NCBI RefSeq assembly: GCF_018977255.1
Contig: NW_024704746.1
Coordinates: 68,076,001 to 68,140,000 of the forward strand
Source: Callorhinchus milii
Taxonomy: Eukaryota
Length of the DNA: 64,000 nucleotides
Direction: 5' to 3'
Part shown: positions 45,601 to 58,546 of the stretch, piece by piece
Layout of the letters: each line of letters opens with the position of its first letter
How positions within the stretch are numbered: the stretch's first letter is position 1
Notes under the pieces: generated by a model
The model's input: the letters and a program-made list of their open reading frames with translations, nothing else
Database searches by the model: none
What the model was told of the DNA's origin: nothing
Translations under genes and position numbers: made by a program

Positions 45601-48600
45601 TAGTGACTTCTGTAGGCAAATGTGGCAGTCATTTTGTGCACAGCATGGTCCCACGCAGTCATGAGTTGAATGACCAAATTAGCTGGAGGGCTGTTGGCCA
45701 GGACATCCATGGGTTTAAGGCACATTAAGTTGACATCTCTCAAGAAAAGTAGACCACAGGCTAGCATTGCCTAAGACTGTTGGCCTCGTTTCCAAGATTG
45801 CACTCACATGAAGCACCACCCAAGCACTGTAGCTTATGTGCTGGAGAGATTGTGTGCGGTTTCTGTTTCTGTGGTTTATTTTCTTTGTTAGTCAGGAAAG
45901 GCTGCAACACAGGAAGTCAGTGTAAGTATTTTTGTAAGTCAAAACTGCAGATCTGTTTTAGCCATTGCAGCACTGCACATCCGCACATGTCAACAGCACA
46001 GTGCACATCCGCACATGTCAACAGCACAGTGCACATCTGCACATGTCAACAGCACAGTGCACATCTGCATATGTCAACAGCACAGTGCACATCTGCACAT
46101 GTCAAGCAATCACCACATCTGTGTAATCACAAGTCAGGAAGTTTAATATTCCACAAGGCTGAGATCAAATGAGTTGAAGAGCTTTCTTCACATGAACCTC
46201 TCCTGTGATCTTGTGCAATGACTTGTATTTTAATGGCTGGGAGTAGGGCATCTTTGGACACACACAAGTCCAGACAATGTCAGGTTACTTCAGAATACAG
46301 TGGAAGCAGAGACTTCAGCCTAAGTGTTGACAGGTGCTGCTTTTATAGTCCATTTCTGACATTACTGGAGACGACAGCCTCACTAACCAGTTAGAAGCAA
46401 CTGTTTCCCTCATCTGAAGCCCTCTCTGACACAGAGTGCTGAAAGGGCTTGTACAAGTAAAGTTTGATGCTACACTATTACAGGCCAAAACACACACCTT
46501 TCCTCAGGTGATTATAGACTTACACAACCCACATGGTGAAAGCCATAGCACCGCTTTTCAGGAAGAAAATTTGCTGCCACTGCTTTATGGTTATTGCAAA
46601 CTCCCAGATACAGATACGTCACAAGTCACTGAAGACAACAACCTTGAAGATCAGATTCCAAAGGAACAAATCAGAACATTGGGAACTGCTGCAGCATTTT
46701 TTGTCATTGTCGGGATTGGGATTGGGATCGGGATCAAGATTGCCATCGGGAAATCGATAATGAAAAAACAGCGTCATATGGATCCTGAGAGTAAGTTTTA
46801 ATATGATCAGCAAGTACCTGATCACCCGCACTAAACTCCGTCACACCACCGCACCATCACAGACTCTCCCCTACCTGTTGCCTCCTCCATCGGCTGCCGC
46901 ACTTTCAGTCACTAAGCCCTGAAGCTTTGGAAATCTCTCCGCCGATCTCTCTGCCTTACTCCCTCGTTCCCCTCTTTTAGATCACGACTGAAGAGCTTCC
47001 TCTTCGACTGTTTCTAGTCACCTCCTCCCCCCGGCTCGGTGTCAGGCTCCGCTACTGTTAAGCGCTCTGAAACGCTGCTGCGCGTGAAGGGCGCTATATG
47101 CATGCAAGTTGTTACCTACAGTTGTACATACTATCGACATTCCTGAACCAAGCAAATTATCCCCATTAATCATTTCTGGTGTTTTAAGAACAAGTGCAAG
47201 TGAGACTCCACCCATCCCAATAATAATCCTTGCATTTGACATTGCGTCTTATCACGTTTTGAGACGTCTCAAAGCGCTTCACAGAATATCCCCCTCCCCG
47301 GCCTCCCCTCACACACTCTATTACCTTCTCTCGCAAATATGTACCAGGTTTCCTCTTAAACACATTGATGCTTCCAGCTTCAACCACAGCATCTGGCTGT
47401 GCTTCCACATTTTTACCACTCTATAAAATAATTTCTTCCTAAACTCTGTTTCAGATCTGTTAGTGGCTATTTTAGATTTATGCCCCATTGTTATGGACTT
47501 GCGAACGAGCAGAAACAATCTTTTTCTGTTCACCTTACCAAATGCCTCTCTAATTTTAAACACTTCTATCGAGTCTCTCAATCATCTTATCTCTAGGGAT
47601 GAAACCCCGAAGCAGTTCAGTCTTTCCTAATACTTAGATACTCTCATCCCTGGGAGCATTCTAGTGAGCCTGTGATAATACTACAATAACATTATATAGT
47701 GACAAAAACTGCGCACAGTAATCCAAATTTGGTCTGACCAACGATTATATAAATTTTACATTACTTCCTTACTTTTGTGTTCTCTTCCCAGGGCATAAAA
47801 AAGTTCCTCTGCACTCTAGTCAGGCTCCGCCATTGTTAAGCGCTCTGAGATGCTGCCCTGGGTGGAGGGCGCTATGTCGGTGCAAGTTGCTGTTGTAGTA
47901 TTTGGATTCTATATGGTCTTAACCACCTGTGCTGCTGTTTTAAAAGATACAGAGATTGCCCCAGATTGAGTATTGGTCTGTGCTGAGTTAGCTATTCTGG
48001 TCCAGTTAGTCTGATTCGGGAAAAGAGGAGAAAATGAACCACAATTCTTACTGCTCTCCGTATTCTTCTCGATTTTGATCTCAGATGCTAGTGTCATCTT
48101 ACAATTTCTTTGGCTCTCATAGAAATTACAGCACAGAAATTAGCCCATCGTGTCCATACCGCTGGCTCCCCTCTGGAGCCCTCTACTGTTAGATTCCCCT
48201 GGTCTCTCTCCCCACCACACACATTGTCTGTGCTGTGCGCACTCTCCCTCTGGTGCTGTCCTTTACAGTTAGTTATTCTTTTTCGATGAGCTATAATTTA
48301 ATAGAAAGATCAGGGGCTCTGAATTGTTTGATTTGGGGAATTTGTAACTAATAATAATACTGGCATTTGATGTAACGCCTTATCACGTCTTCGAGACTCT
48401 CAAAGCGCTTCACAGAATATAGTGTAAATTGAATTGACTATATTTTGTGGGCGAAACACGGCAGTCAATTGCGCCCAAACAAAATGTAATATCTAATATC
48501 TATATAATATAAACAAACTGTCACTAATTGACTTGGAAATTGTATTTTGTTTTTCCAGGAGCGGCTTTGATAAGATACCCAAACATGGCAGGTAATAAGC

Positions 48601-51600
48601 TGTGCTCAGTTCATGCTGTATTAATTCCAGGCCAATCTCTGCGACTAATTGTAATAAAAAGATGCCTGTTTTCCCCAGGAACAGATAACTGGAGTTTGGA
48701 TTTGGGACTGCGTTAGTGTGGAGCTTCATGAGTATAATTCATGGCATTTGCTGCTTTCTGCCTTCACCCTGGTTTCTGCCTCAATTACTACTACCCCAGG
48801 CTTCTGCTCCTCCCTTTGAATGCCATTAAAATGTTTAATGTTTTCTAACTCAATGCATACCATTTAAACGCAGCATATGCTCACCAAAATGCTGTATAGA
48901 ATTAGACAAGTGCAGGTGGGCGGGGGCATAAAGCCAGGAGCTTTATTTACAGTGAAATACAGGAAAACGCTCATAATCATATCAGTTGGGAACAACATTT
49001 GCAAACTTGTATGATTTAATCATTAATCTACACCGCACATGTGTAATGCAATGCAGCCAGCAAGTCCGCAAGCTGCAGTTTGTCATCCCAGCCAGGAAGT
49101 GCTCACGACTGTTCTCTGCGATTGAAAGCAGCCGTAAGTGCAGGAGTAATGGAGGATAGGAGAGCAGTGTTACCAGTTAGGAGATGATTAATTTGACTGG
49201 TGCAAAGAAGTTAAGTCGTTTTGATAGGAAACTGAATGGTAGTCGGATGGACGTACGACTTAGGCAATTGTACGATTTATAAGCAATTTTTAAATTTATA
49301 AGCGATTTATAAGCCTTGAGAGCTTTACTATAATCTACTGGATCAACCACCTTAACTCAATAAGAGCAAATAGTATAGCCCAACATTAAAAGGCAGACCC
49401 TCTGAGAAGCTCTAGGATGTTGGTTTGAGGAATGACAAATTATACTGGTCACATTAAGTCCTGAGAGAAGAAATTCCATCTGAATTTTAATCTAAACACA
49501 AAATACTGCAGATGCTGGAAGTCTGAAATAAAAACTGAAGTCGCTGGGAACTCAGCAGGTCAGACAGCATCTATGGAGAAAAGAAAGTGAGTCAACGTTT
49601 CGAGTCCACGACCTTTTGTCAGAACCCCGGTTCTGGTGAAGGGTTGTGGACTTGAAACGTTGACTCACTTTCCTTTCTCCATAGATGCTGCCTGACCTGC
49701 TGAGTTCCCAGAAACTTCTGTTTTTATTCCTAGATTTAATCTATTTTCTTAGCAATTCAGAGCCTCCCGTGTTTGGACAATACATAAGAATTGTGCAAAT
49801 TGCACAGACTCTGAAATGCTCAGAATATAAAGAACCACAAAATAAAACATTAGTTTGTTTATTTTCAGATGCTCTTGAAGACTACAAACTGTACCTTACA
49901 AAGAAGTATTCTACTATGATCAATAGTAACATGTCCAAATGCTACGCAAGCCTCATGAGGACAGTGGATGTCACATACCCAAAGAAGGAAGGAAAGTTCA
50001 TTGAGGGAATTAATGGAGGTGGGTCAGACAATACAAAAGAAATCAAACCAACTGAAATGCTGTCTGTGGCACTGGGAAAAAAGTGCTCTTCAAAACGTAT
50101 CTTAATGGTAGGAGATGCAGGTGTGGGGAAGAGCTGGACAGTTACCTGCATGAGACAAGAATGGGCGTCTGAGTCAAACGAACAACCTTTTAAGTGCATC
50201 ATTATTTTGAGATTCCATGACTTAAATAAGGTTAAAGAAAAGACAACGCTACGGAAACTGCTTCAGAGCAAGTGCTCATCACTGTCAGAAGTCCTGTCTG
50301 CACTTCTCCTTGATCCCCATGATGTGTTGATCACTTTGGATGGGCTGGATGAATTTCACCATCAGCTAAGTTGTGATGCTCCAATAAGGGACATTGACAT
50401 AGACACTGAAGCTGACGTGAACGTTCTTGTGTCCGATCTGATTTGTGGGCAACTGCTTCCTGCTGCACACATATTGGTTACCTCCCGATGGAATAATGAC
50501 CAGATAAAAATTAACAAGAAATATTTTGATTGCATCCTGGCCATTTCTGGGTTTACCACTAATCAGCTACGACAATACTGCGATGTGTTCTATCAAGATA
50601 AGGAAACAGCAAGCAAGATGTATCAACATTTTACAGAGAAAGAAACCATCACCTATCTGGCCTGCAATCCCCTAAACAGCTATATGCTGTGCAATATTCT
50701 GAAGACATGTAAAGATTACTCTGAAGGGGTAACGGCTGTGCCAGTGACTCAGAGCAAACTCTTCTCTCTGTTCTTTGACAGCCTCTTTAGTCATGGTACT
50801 CCAGGCACTGACCAGTCACACAAATTGTCAGCGACTGATCTGGAGAAATGTAAGGATAGACCCCATGACAAAATTGTTGAAACCATCCTAAAAGTGGGGA
50901 AGCTTTCCTATCACTATCTCTTGTCAGGGAAACACAACATGGTAGAGAAAGATCTGATTGCCTTCGATATAAACCCAACATTTCTTTCCAGTCACTTGTC
51001 AAATCTCATCTTGGAAAAGAAATGGGACAATCGGAGCAGCTTTGAGTTCTATCATGCTATGATAATGGAGCAGGTTGCAGCCTGGTATTGTGCAGACTTA
51101 GTGAGGGACAAAGCCGAAGAGCTGATCGAATGCCTGGACCTGTGGTGTCTTGGAAAGGTGCCACAGAACTCAAAGAACCCGTTGTGTATTGAAGCAGCCA
51201 AGTGGCCTGAGCACAAGAAGAACCTCTTCAGTTTCACCAAAATGTTCATGGGCTTCTTAACGGCAGGACGAGGTGGAAACTTCTGGAAGTCTGCAGCTCC
51301 CCTCAGTGATTCTACTTCCCAAGCCCTGGTCAGGTGGTTTAGGGACTGGCTATGTACAGATATAAAGCAGTCTGAGCTGCTAAATTTAATGCATTGCCTT
51401 TTCGAGCTGCACGATAACAAAGTGACAGAAGACGTGTCTCCTCACATCAAACGCATAGACTTTTACAACATTTCTCTGAGCCTCCTGGATATCGCTGCCT
51501 TGTGTTACAGTCTCCGTCATTCTCAGGTGGAAAAAATGGACTTAAGACTTTGTGACTTGAAGGATCAAGGCATAAGGCAACTTGAGGAAGTAATTGCCAA

Positions 51601-53647
51601 GTGCAAATCTGTCTCGTAAGTAACGCTGTTAAATGCTTCACGGGTGATGGGACAGTTCTCTCTGTGTTTCCATTGCAACATCAGTGTGACATATTGCATA
51701 GTCATTAGATTAGAATGAAGAACATGCTCACTGTCATACTAGAAAGATTTTATCACCCCAGATCAGGCTGCGCTATCAGCCTCTACGTCCTGACACTCTG
51801 GAACACTCTCCCTCTGTCCCTCCGCCTTGCCCCTTCCTTCCCTATCTTCAGGTCCTGCCTGAAGACCTTTCTCCTTGACCGTGCTTTGGGACGAGACCTG
51901 CGTGAGGGGCGCTGTTGTTGTTGGTGGTGTTTGCTCAGCCAATTTGTGAATAAGCTCTTCGAGAGGACAAGTTCAGGACAGACAGCAAAAAGGAACCTGT
52001 GGGTAAACAACAGTTGGAATGTGTTACCAAAAATCGTTGGGCCACAGAATCATTTAAGAATCAGTTTGATGGTGTAAATGGGAGGATCAGTATTCGCTAA
52101 TCGCTTGAGATCCTGTGATTTAAAATGGTAATTTAATCCACACTCAAGTGTTTCTAATCTCCATTTTACAGAATAAGTTCTAACAAACTGACTGAAGAGT
52201 CAGCCAGGATAATCAGCAACATTCTTCAAGAACCAAGTTGTGCACTTGAAAGGCTATCGTAAGTTCCTAAATACTTTTCGCAATACGTCTATGAAATACG
52301 AAGGGAAAATTCCAAAAGATGCCAATCTTTTAAAAAGGGATGCTACGACTTGCCTCTTTGATTATGATTATTTTTCCTCAACCCCGACACCCTTTTCAGC
52401 TCCCCTGCTCGGATGCCTAACTCGCTGTGTAAAGTGCTTTGAGACGTCCTCCTGACGTGAAAGACACTATAAGTGTAAATTGTATTGTATCATCACTGTT
52501 GTGTGTCTGTTCATTCGCTCTTTGTAGAATTGGAACAAATCACCTTCACTCCAGCGGGGCTCAGATGATATGGAAAGCCCTTGAGAAAAACCAGAGACTC
52601 AAGTGCCTTTATTTGTATGATAACGGGATTACAGATAAAGGAACAGAGATAATGCCTGAATGTCTGAAACACAACAAGACCCTTGAAGTCCTACAGTAAG
52701 TCTACAATCAATTTTCTAAACGTCAGTGAAACCCCAGCTATAATTACAAGCGAGTCAGCCTGACTCAGTTGATAGCACTTTCACCCCTGAGTCAAAGCTT
52801 TTGGGTTGAAGCCCCATGTTATAAGATGACACTCCAATGCAATGTCGCATTGTTGGGTAAGATGTTAAACCGAGGTCCGTCTACCTGCTCTGGTGGATGT
52901 TAAAGGTCCCGTTGGGCTATTCGAAAAGAGAAAAGGAGTTTCTCCCGGTGTCATGGCATACAATCCCCCAAATAAAATAGATCACTCACTCCTTGGCTGT
53001 GGGTGGGAGATTGGTAGGCACAATTGGGCTGCTGTATTTGCCTACAATACAGTCACTCCACTTTACAGTATATCCTCTGAAGCACTTGGGGATGTCATCC
53101 CGATATGAAAGGCACTATACTAAATTATTATTTTAATATTAGGAATTATTATTTTATCATTAGCAATCATCGAGCAATGTTAATTAGACCTCTAATTTTC
53201 ATACTTTGTCTGTCACAAACAGTAAAGATAGCAAATACACTTCAGTATCCACACCTTATATTGGAGCTAAGGTGACCGTTGACTTTTCATTTCCCAAGCC
53301 TGTCTCTTAATGTCTTTCTCAGTTTATGTGGGAACACTTTCAGTGATTGCGGCCAGAGAAATATCCAGCGAGTTAAAGAGCTTCGAGCTGATCTGAAGAT
53401 CGTTGTGAAGATTGCAGATGATGAAGAACTTGTCGATCGGGTTGAAAACGAAGTCACCCAGCTGATCTCTGACTTTGGGCAGTACGACCGGGAATGGCTG
53501 ACAAATATTCTGCGAACAATCTTGAGAGATCTTGGAGATGAGATCTCCATAACCAATACCAGAACAGAGACAAAGATTGGTAACATAAAACAAGGGATTC
53601 AGATAGTGCAACGCAAGCTTAAATGGGATGCCATAGCCGAATTATAA
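42566..53647 (+). CDS. Copy B of the IgV-TM-NACHT-LRR gene; join(42566..42617,44422..44769,46608..46790,48559..48591,49869..51615,52172..52258,52528..52695,53323..53647)
   Basis: Same exon sizes, splice sites and phases as copy A; frame open; 8 amino-acid differences seen. Confidence 0.73.
44422..44769 (+). CDS. Copy B IgV exon
   Basis: Same as copy A except H>Y (SLYM). Confidence 0.92.
46608..46790 (+). CDS. Copy B stalk/TM exon
   Basis: IRTLGTAAAFFVIVGIGIGIGIKIAIGKS; splice sites conserved. Confidence 0.85.
48559..48591 (+). CDS. Copy B YPNM micro-exon
   Basis: Same 33 nt and splice sites as copy A. Confidence 0.6.
49869..51615 (+). CDS. Copy B NACHT exon
   Basis: All motifs intact; acceptor ttattttcag|, donor tc|gtaagt. 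Confidence 0.93.
52172..52258 (+). CDS. Copy B LRR exon (87 nt)
   Basis: As copy A. Confidence 0.85.
52528..52695 (+). CDS. Copy B double-LRR exon (168 nt)
   Basis: As copy A with Q>H and R>C. Confidence 0.88.
53323..53647 (+). CDS. Copy B terminal exon
   Basis: Same translation as copy A. Confidence 0.82.
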
Positions 53648-56269
53648 TCCACTCTCCCTCAATTCCTCTGCCTTGCCCTACTTGACATAATAATAATAAT
53701 AATAATAGTAATAATAATAATAATCCTTGCATTTGATATAGCGCTTTTCATGTCAGGAAGACGTCCCAAAGCGCTTCACAGAACACACTGTAAAGTGAAT
53801 TGACTGTATATTTGTGGGCGAACGCGGCAGACAATTGCGCACAGCAATGTCCCACAAACAGTCGTAGATTGAAAATGACCAATTTATTATTGTTTTGGGT
53901 TTTGGAGGATTATTATTAGGCTCTGTGTGGAGTAAGGAAACTTGCCCAAGGTTTCGCCCTCTGCCTGGAATTGAACTCAGGTCTCTCACTTGCAAAGCGA
54001 GTGGTCTAACAACTGAGCTACAGGACTCCTCTCCATGTCCTCTGGTACTGTTCCCACCCCATTAAAAACCGCTGTCATCACTCCTATCCTTAAAAAACCC
54101 TCCCTGGACCCTTCTCCACTCCCTAACTACTGCCCCAACTCCAACCTCCCCTTCCTCTCCAAGGTCCTGGAACGAGTTGTTGCTTTTCAGCTACGTTCGT
54201 TCCCCACTGCCACTCCCTTCTCGAACCCCTCCAATCGGGTTTCCGTGCCGCCCACAGCACAGAAACAGAGTGACAAATGCCATTCTGTCCATCTGTGACC
54301 AGGGCTCCCTCTGCTCCTCGCCCTCCTTGACCTCGCTGCTGCTTTCGACTCCGCGGAATGGCTCCCCTGTTAAAAGCCCCACTCAACGCTATTTGGCAGT
54401 CCCTCCGCCTCGCCCCCTCCCTCGCCTCCGTCAAGACCCATCTCGAGACCCTCCACTTCGACCGCCCCCTCGGTCACCCTCCTTTCCCCCCTCACCTGGC
54501 CTGCGAGAGACCTGGGTTTGATTCCCGGCCGGTCAGGTCAGGTCAGGGCCAAACCGTGGGCGAGTTTCCTTACTCCACACTCCTGATAATAAAATCCCTC
54601 AAGAAAATAAAACAATCATAAAATTGGTCACTTCAATCCACGACCGTTTGTGAGACGCTGCTGTGCGCAATTGACTGCCGCGTTTCGCCCGCAAACATCC
54701 AGTCAATTCACTATCAAAACACTATATCAAATGCAGGGATTATTATTTATCATTTTGATTATTGACTCTTTACCCCCCCCCTCCCCGATGGATATTGCAG
54801 ACACTTGGGGATTGGCTTTTTATCTGATTTGCAGTGTTTCAGAAGCTGTCAGCTTCACTGATATTATGCAGAGGGAGATTTCATTCAATCATATTCATTC
54901 TTTCATATTCATGGACAGAATATTCAATACTTAAATCGTGATGTAAATCGTGTCAGATACCCGGCTGAACAGCAGAAAGGACAGAAGTAATACACTCCGA
55001 GACTTTTGCCAACTAAACCTAAACATGTTTATTTGTAGTTCACAACAATTCAAAAATTACAGACAGAAATAAAGTCTGTGCGCAAATTCCGCACCTTAGG
55101 AGAATCAAAAGGAGACTTACGACAGTGAGCCCTGAATTAATTCACTTCACAGTCTATTCTAGAAGACATGATAAGACACTCTATTGAATACAAGGATTAT
55201 TAGTATTATTATCTGAAGTGATAAACAAAAATTACAATACAATTTATATAATGCAATTTACATAAATAAAGTGCTTTTAACCCAAGGTGCAGGAAGGTGG
55301 TTGGCCATCTTTGTTTGGGGGTTCAGTTTAGAAGCTGCTTATTTCTAGAACTCATTGCATATAAAAGTTCAAGCCTCACAGCCTCACAGGCCTTCGCTTC
55401 AACAGATGCTGCAAGAATTAGAATCATTCTGTTCCTTTCTTGTGTGGGCCGGACATGGACGAGCCACTGGTGGAAGAGAAGAGTTTCCTTGGAAGCAGAT
55501 CAGCTTCTCTTGTAAAAGAGTCTGAAAGGGAAAGTCAATCATATGTCTACAGCTTAATTTTTGGGGAGTCATCCGGGTATCTGACGCATGCAGAAACCCA
55601 TCACCATGTTTAAGAGTCTCCAAACCAAACTGAGAATTCCATGCAGCCCACATACACATGGAAATCCCAGAGATGTTTACTGGAATGGAATGCACTCTAT
55701 CTATCTCTCTTTCCCGAAAGGGAAGCATCTTGCTTACCCAACTCTGGAGAGTATTCGGTGCAGGTTGGCAAGAGCAAAGTTTGGGGACCCAGACTGTTGG
55801 GGTAATGGTTGGTGTCTAACCAGCTGAAGCTACGGAGCTTGCCATTGAAAGCATTGTCTTGTCCAGCTAAGACCACACTAGCTTTTAGGGCTTTGTCTGC
55901 AGGGTTAATGGGAGCTGAGGGGGAGGATTCCCTGTCCCCAGTGACGGGTCTGCCCTTCCAAGATCTGCCAATGAGCCAAACTGGGCTGTGCTGTCATCAG
56001 CAGTGCCAGAGTACTGCGGACACTCCTGGCTCAGGAGCCGACTGGAGCCAGCACCAGAGCTGTTTCTTAAATGTGTCACAGAGTCTTGACCTCAATCCGC
56101 CCCAGACATTAATTCCGTTCATTAACAACATAACAACAAAATTACATTTATAGAGCGCCTTTCACTTTGGGAGAATGTCCATTCTATTCCTTTTCTACAC
56201 ATGGACGATGAGCCACTGGTCGACCAACCACTGGTGGAGGAGGCGTTGGTGGATGAGACGCTGGTGGAC

Positions 56270-57704
56270 AACAACAACAACAAGATTCCATTTATTGAGC
56301 GCCTTTCACGTCGGGAGGACGTCCCAAGGCGCTGTACAGTTGGGTCAGGCCCCGAGCAGTGGGGAAATTGTCAGGGTGAGGGGAGGGAAGGGAGGGAGCG
56401 AGGAGGGGGTAGAGAGTCGAGAGGGGAGCTGAAGGCTGAAGGTCAAAGAGAAAGGTCTTGAGACCGGCCTTGAAGGAGGAAAGGGAGGAGGCGGCGAAGG
56501 CACTGGGGATGGAGTTCCAGAGCCTCGGGGCTGAGAGGCTGAAGGCCCGGCCACCGATGGTAGGGCGGTTGGGGCGGGGGATGTGGAGCAGACCGGAGCC
56601 AGAGGAACGGAGGTAGGTAGGGGGATAGTAGGTCGGAGAGGTAGGAGGGAGCGAGGCCGTGAATGGCCTTGTAGGTGAGGGTGAGGATCTTGAATTCGAT
56701 CCTCTGGGGATGGGGAGCCAGTGGAGGCGAGCGAGGGTGGGAGTGATGTGGTCGCGGTGTCTGGTGCGGGACAGTACACGAGCTGCAGAGTTCTGAATGA
56801 CCTGCAGTGTGGAGGGAGGGCCGGGAAGGCCGGCGAGGAGAGAGTTCCCATAGTCCAGCCTTGAGGTGATAAAGGTGTGGACCAGAGTTTCAGCAGCGTG
56901 AGGGGTGAGGTAGTGCCGTAGTCTGGCGACATTCCGGAGGTGATGGAAGGCGGTGCCAGTTGTGGCGCGGATATGAGGGAGAAAGGACAGCTCAGGGTCG
57001 AACAAAACCCCGAGGTTCCTGATGGCTTTGAGAGGTGGAGAGTGCAGCCTTGGATGCTGATGCTGTCAGCGCCTGAGGTGCGGAGGCGCTGACGTGAGCC
57101 AATCAGGAGGGCCTCAGTTTTGCGCACGTTGAGCTGAAGAAAGTTATCTCTCGTCCAGGACTCGATGTCGGACAGACAGCTGTCAGGACATCGGGGGTCG
57201 TGGAGTTGAGGGTAGAGGAGGAAAGGTAGAGTTGGGTGTCATCCGCATACATGTGGAAGTTAACCCCATGTCTGCGGATGATGTCACCACAGGGGGAGCA
57301 TATAGAGGGTGAAGAGGAGGGGACCGAGGACAGAGCCCTGAGGGACACCGCACGAGACAGTGCGGGTGTGGAGGAAAAACCATTCGTGGAGACAAAGTGA
57401 AGACGGTGGGAGAGGTACGACCTAAACCACTCAAGGACAGGGCCTTGAAGGTTTAGGTGGGAGGACAAGCGGTGGAGGAGGATAGCGTGGTCGACCGTAT
57501 CGAATGCTGCCGATAGGTCGAGGAGGACGAGGAGGCAGAGGGAGCCCTGGTCACAGATGGTCAGGATGTCATTGGTGACCTTGACCAGGGCAGTTTCTGT
57601 GCTATGGGCAGCACGGAAACCCGACTGAAGGGGTTCGAATAGTGAATGGTTGGAGAGGAAAGAGCGCAGCTGGGAAGCAACAACTCATTCCAGGACCTTG
57701 GATA
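56270..57704 (-). mobile_element. Young 5'-truncated L2 LINE (RT and C-terminus), copy B only, inserted in the 15-bp VNTR
   Basis: [59 protein letters not shown]; (TTG)n tail; frameshifts. Confidence 0.93.
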
Positions 57705-57705
57705 G

Positions 57706-58290
57706 GATGAGCCGTTGGTGGGCGAGCCGCTGGTGGGCGAGCCGCTGGTGGGCGAGCCGCTGGTGGGCGAGCCGCTGGTGGGCGAGCCGCTGGTGGGCGA
57801 GCCGCTGGCGGGAGAGCCGCTGGTGGACCGACTGCTGGTGGGCGAGCCGCCGACGGGCGAGCCGCTGGCGGGCGAGCCGCTGGCGGGCGAGCCGCCGGCG
57901 GGCGAGCCGCTGGTGGACATGCCGCTGGTGGACGTGCCGCTGGTGGACGAGGGGCTGGTGGACGAGGGGTTGGTGGATGAGCCACTGGTGGACGAGCCGC
58001 TGGTGGACGAGGGGCTGGAGGACGAGCTGCTGGTGGACGAGCCGCTGGTGGACGAGGGGCTGGTGGACGAGGGGCTGGTGGACGAGCCGCTGGTGGACGA
58101 GCCGCTGGCGGGCGAGCCGCTGGCGGGCGAGCCGCTGGCGGGCGAGCCGCTGGTGGACATGCCGCTGGTGGACGTGCCGCTGGTGGACGAGGGGCTGGTG
58201 GACGAGGGGTTGGTGGATGAGCCGCTGGTGGACGAGCCGCTGGTGGACGAGGGGCTGGAGGACGAGCCGCTGGTGGACGAGGGGCTGGTG
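57706..58290 (+). repeat. 15-bp minisatellite (GTGGACGAGCCGCTG variants), ~39 units with a 240-bp higher-order repeat
   Basis: Visible tandem units; only 3 units at the equivalent site in A (~29032-29082). Confidence 0.95.
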
Positions 58291-58515
58291 GAAGAGAAGA
58301 GGTTCCTTGGAAGTAGATCAGCTTCTCTTGTAAAAGGGTCTGAAAAAGAAAGTCAATCATATGTCTACAGCTTAATTTTTGGGGAGTCATCCGGGTATCT
58401 GACGCATGCAGAAACCCATCACCACGTTTAAGAGTCTCCAAACCAAACTCAGAATTCCATGCAGCCCACATACACATGGAAATCCCAGAGATGCTTATTG
58501 GAATGGAATGCACTT

Positions 58516-58546
<31 letters not shown>

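Noticed and set aside
49685-49868. N-terminal 77-aa extension of the 644-aa ORF in copy B
   Set aside because: Runs through the intronic palindrome and polypyrimidine tract; copy A has a stop (TGA) there; a proper acceptor lies at 49868/49869.
57706-58290. Chi (GCTGGTGG) recombination hotspot array or CRISPR-like array
   Set aside because: Chi acts through bacterial RecBCD and this is vertebrate DNA; there are no unique spacers and no cas genes.
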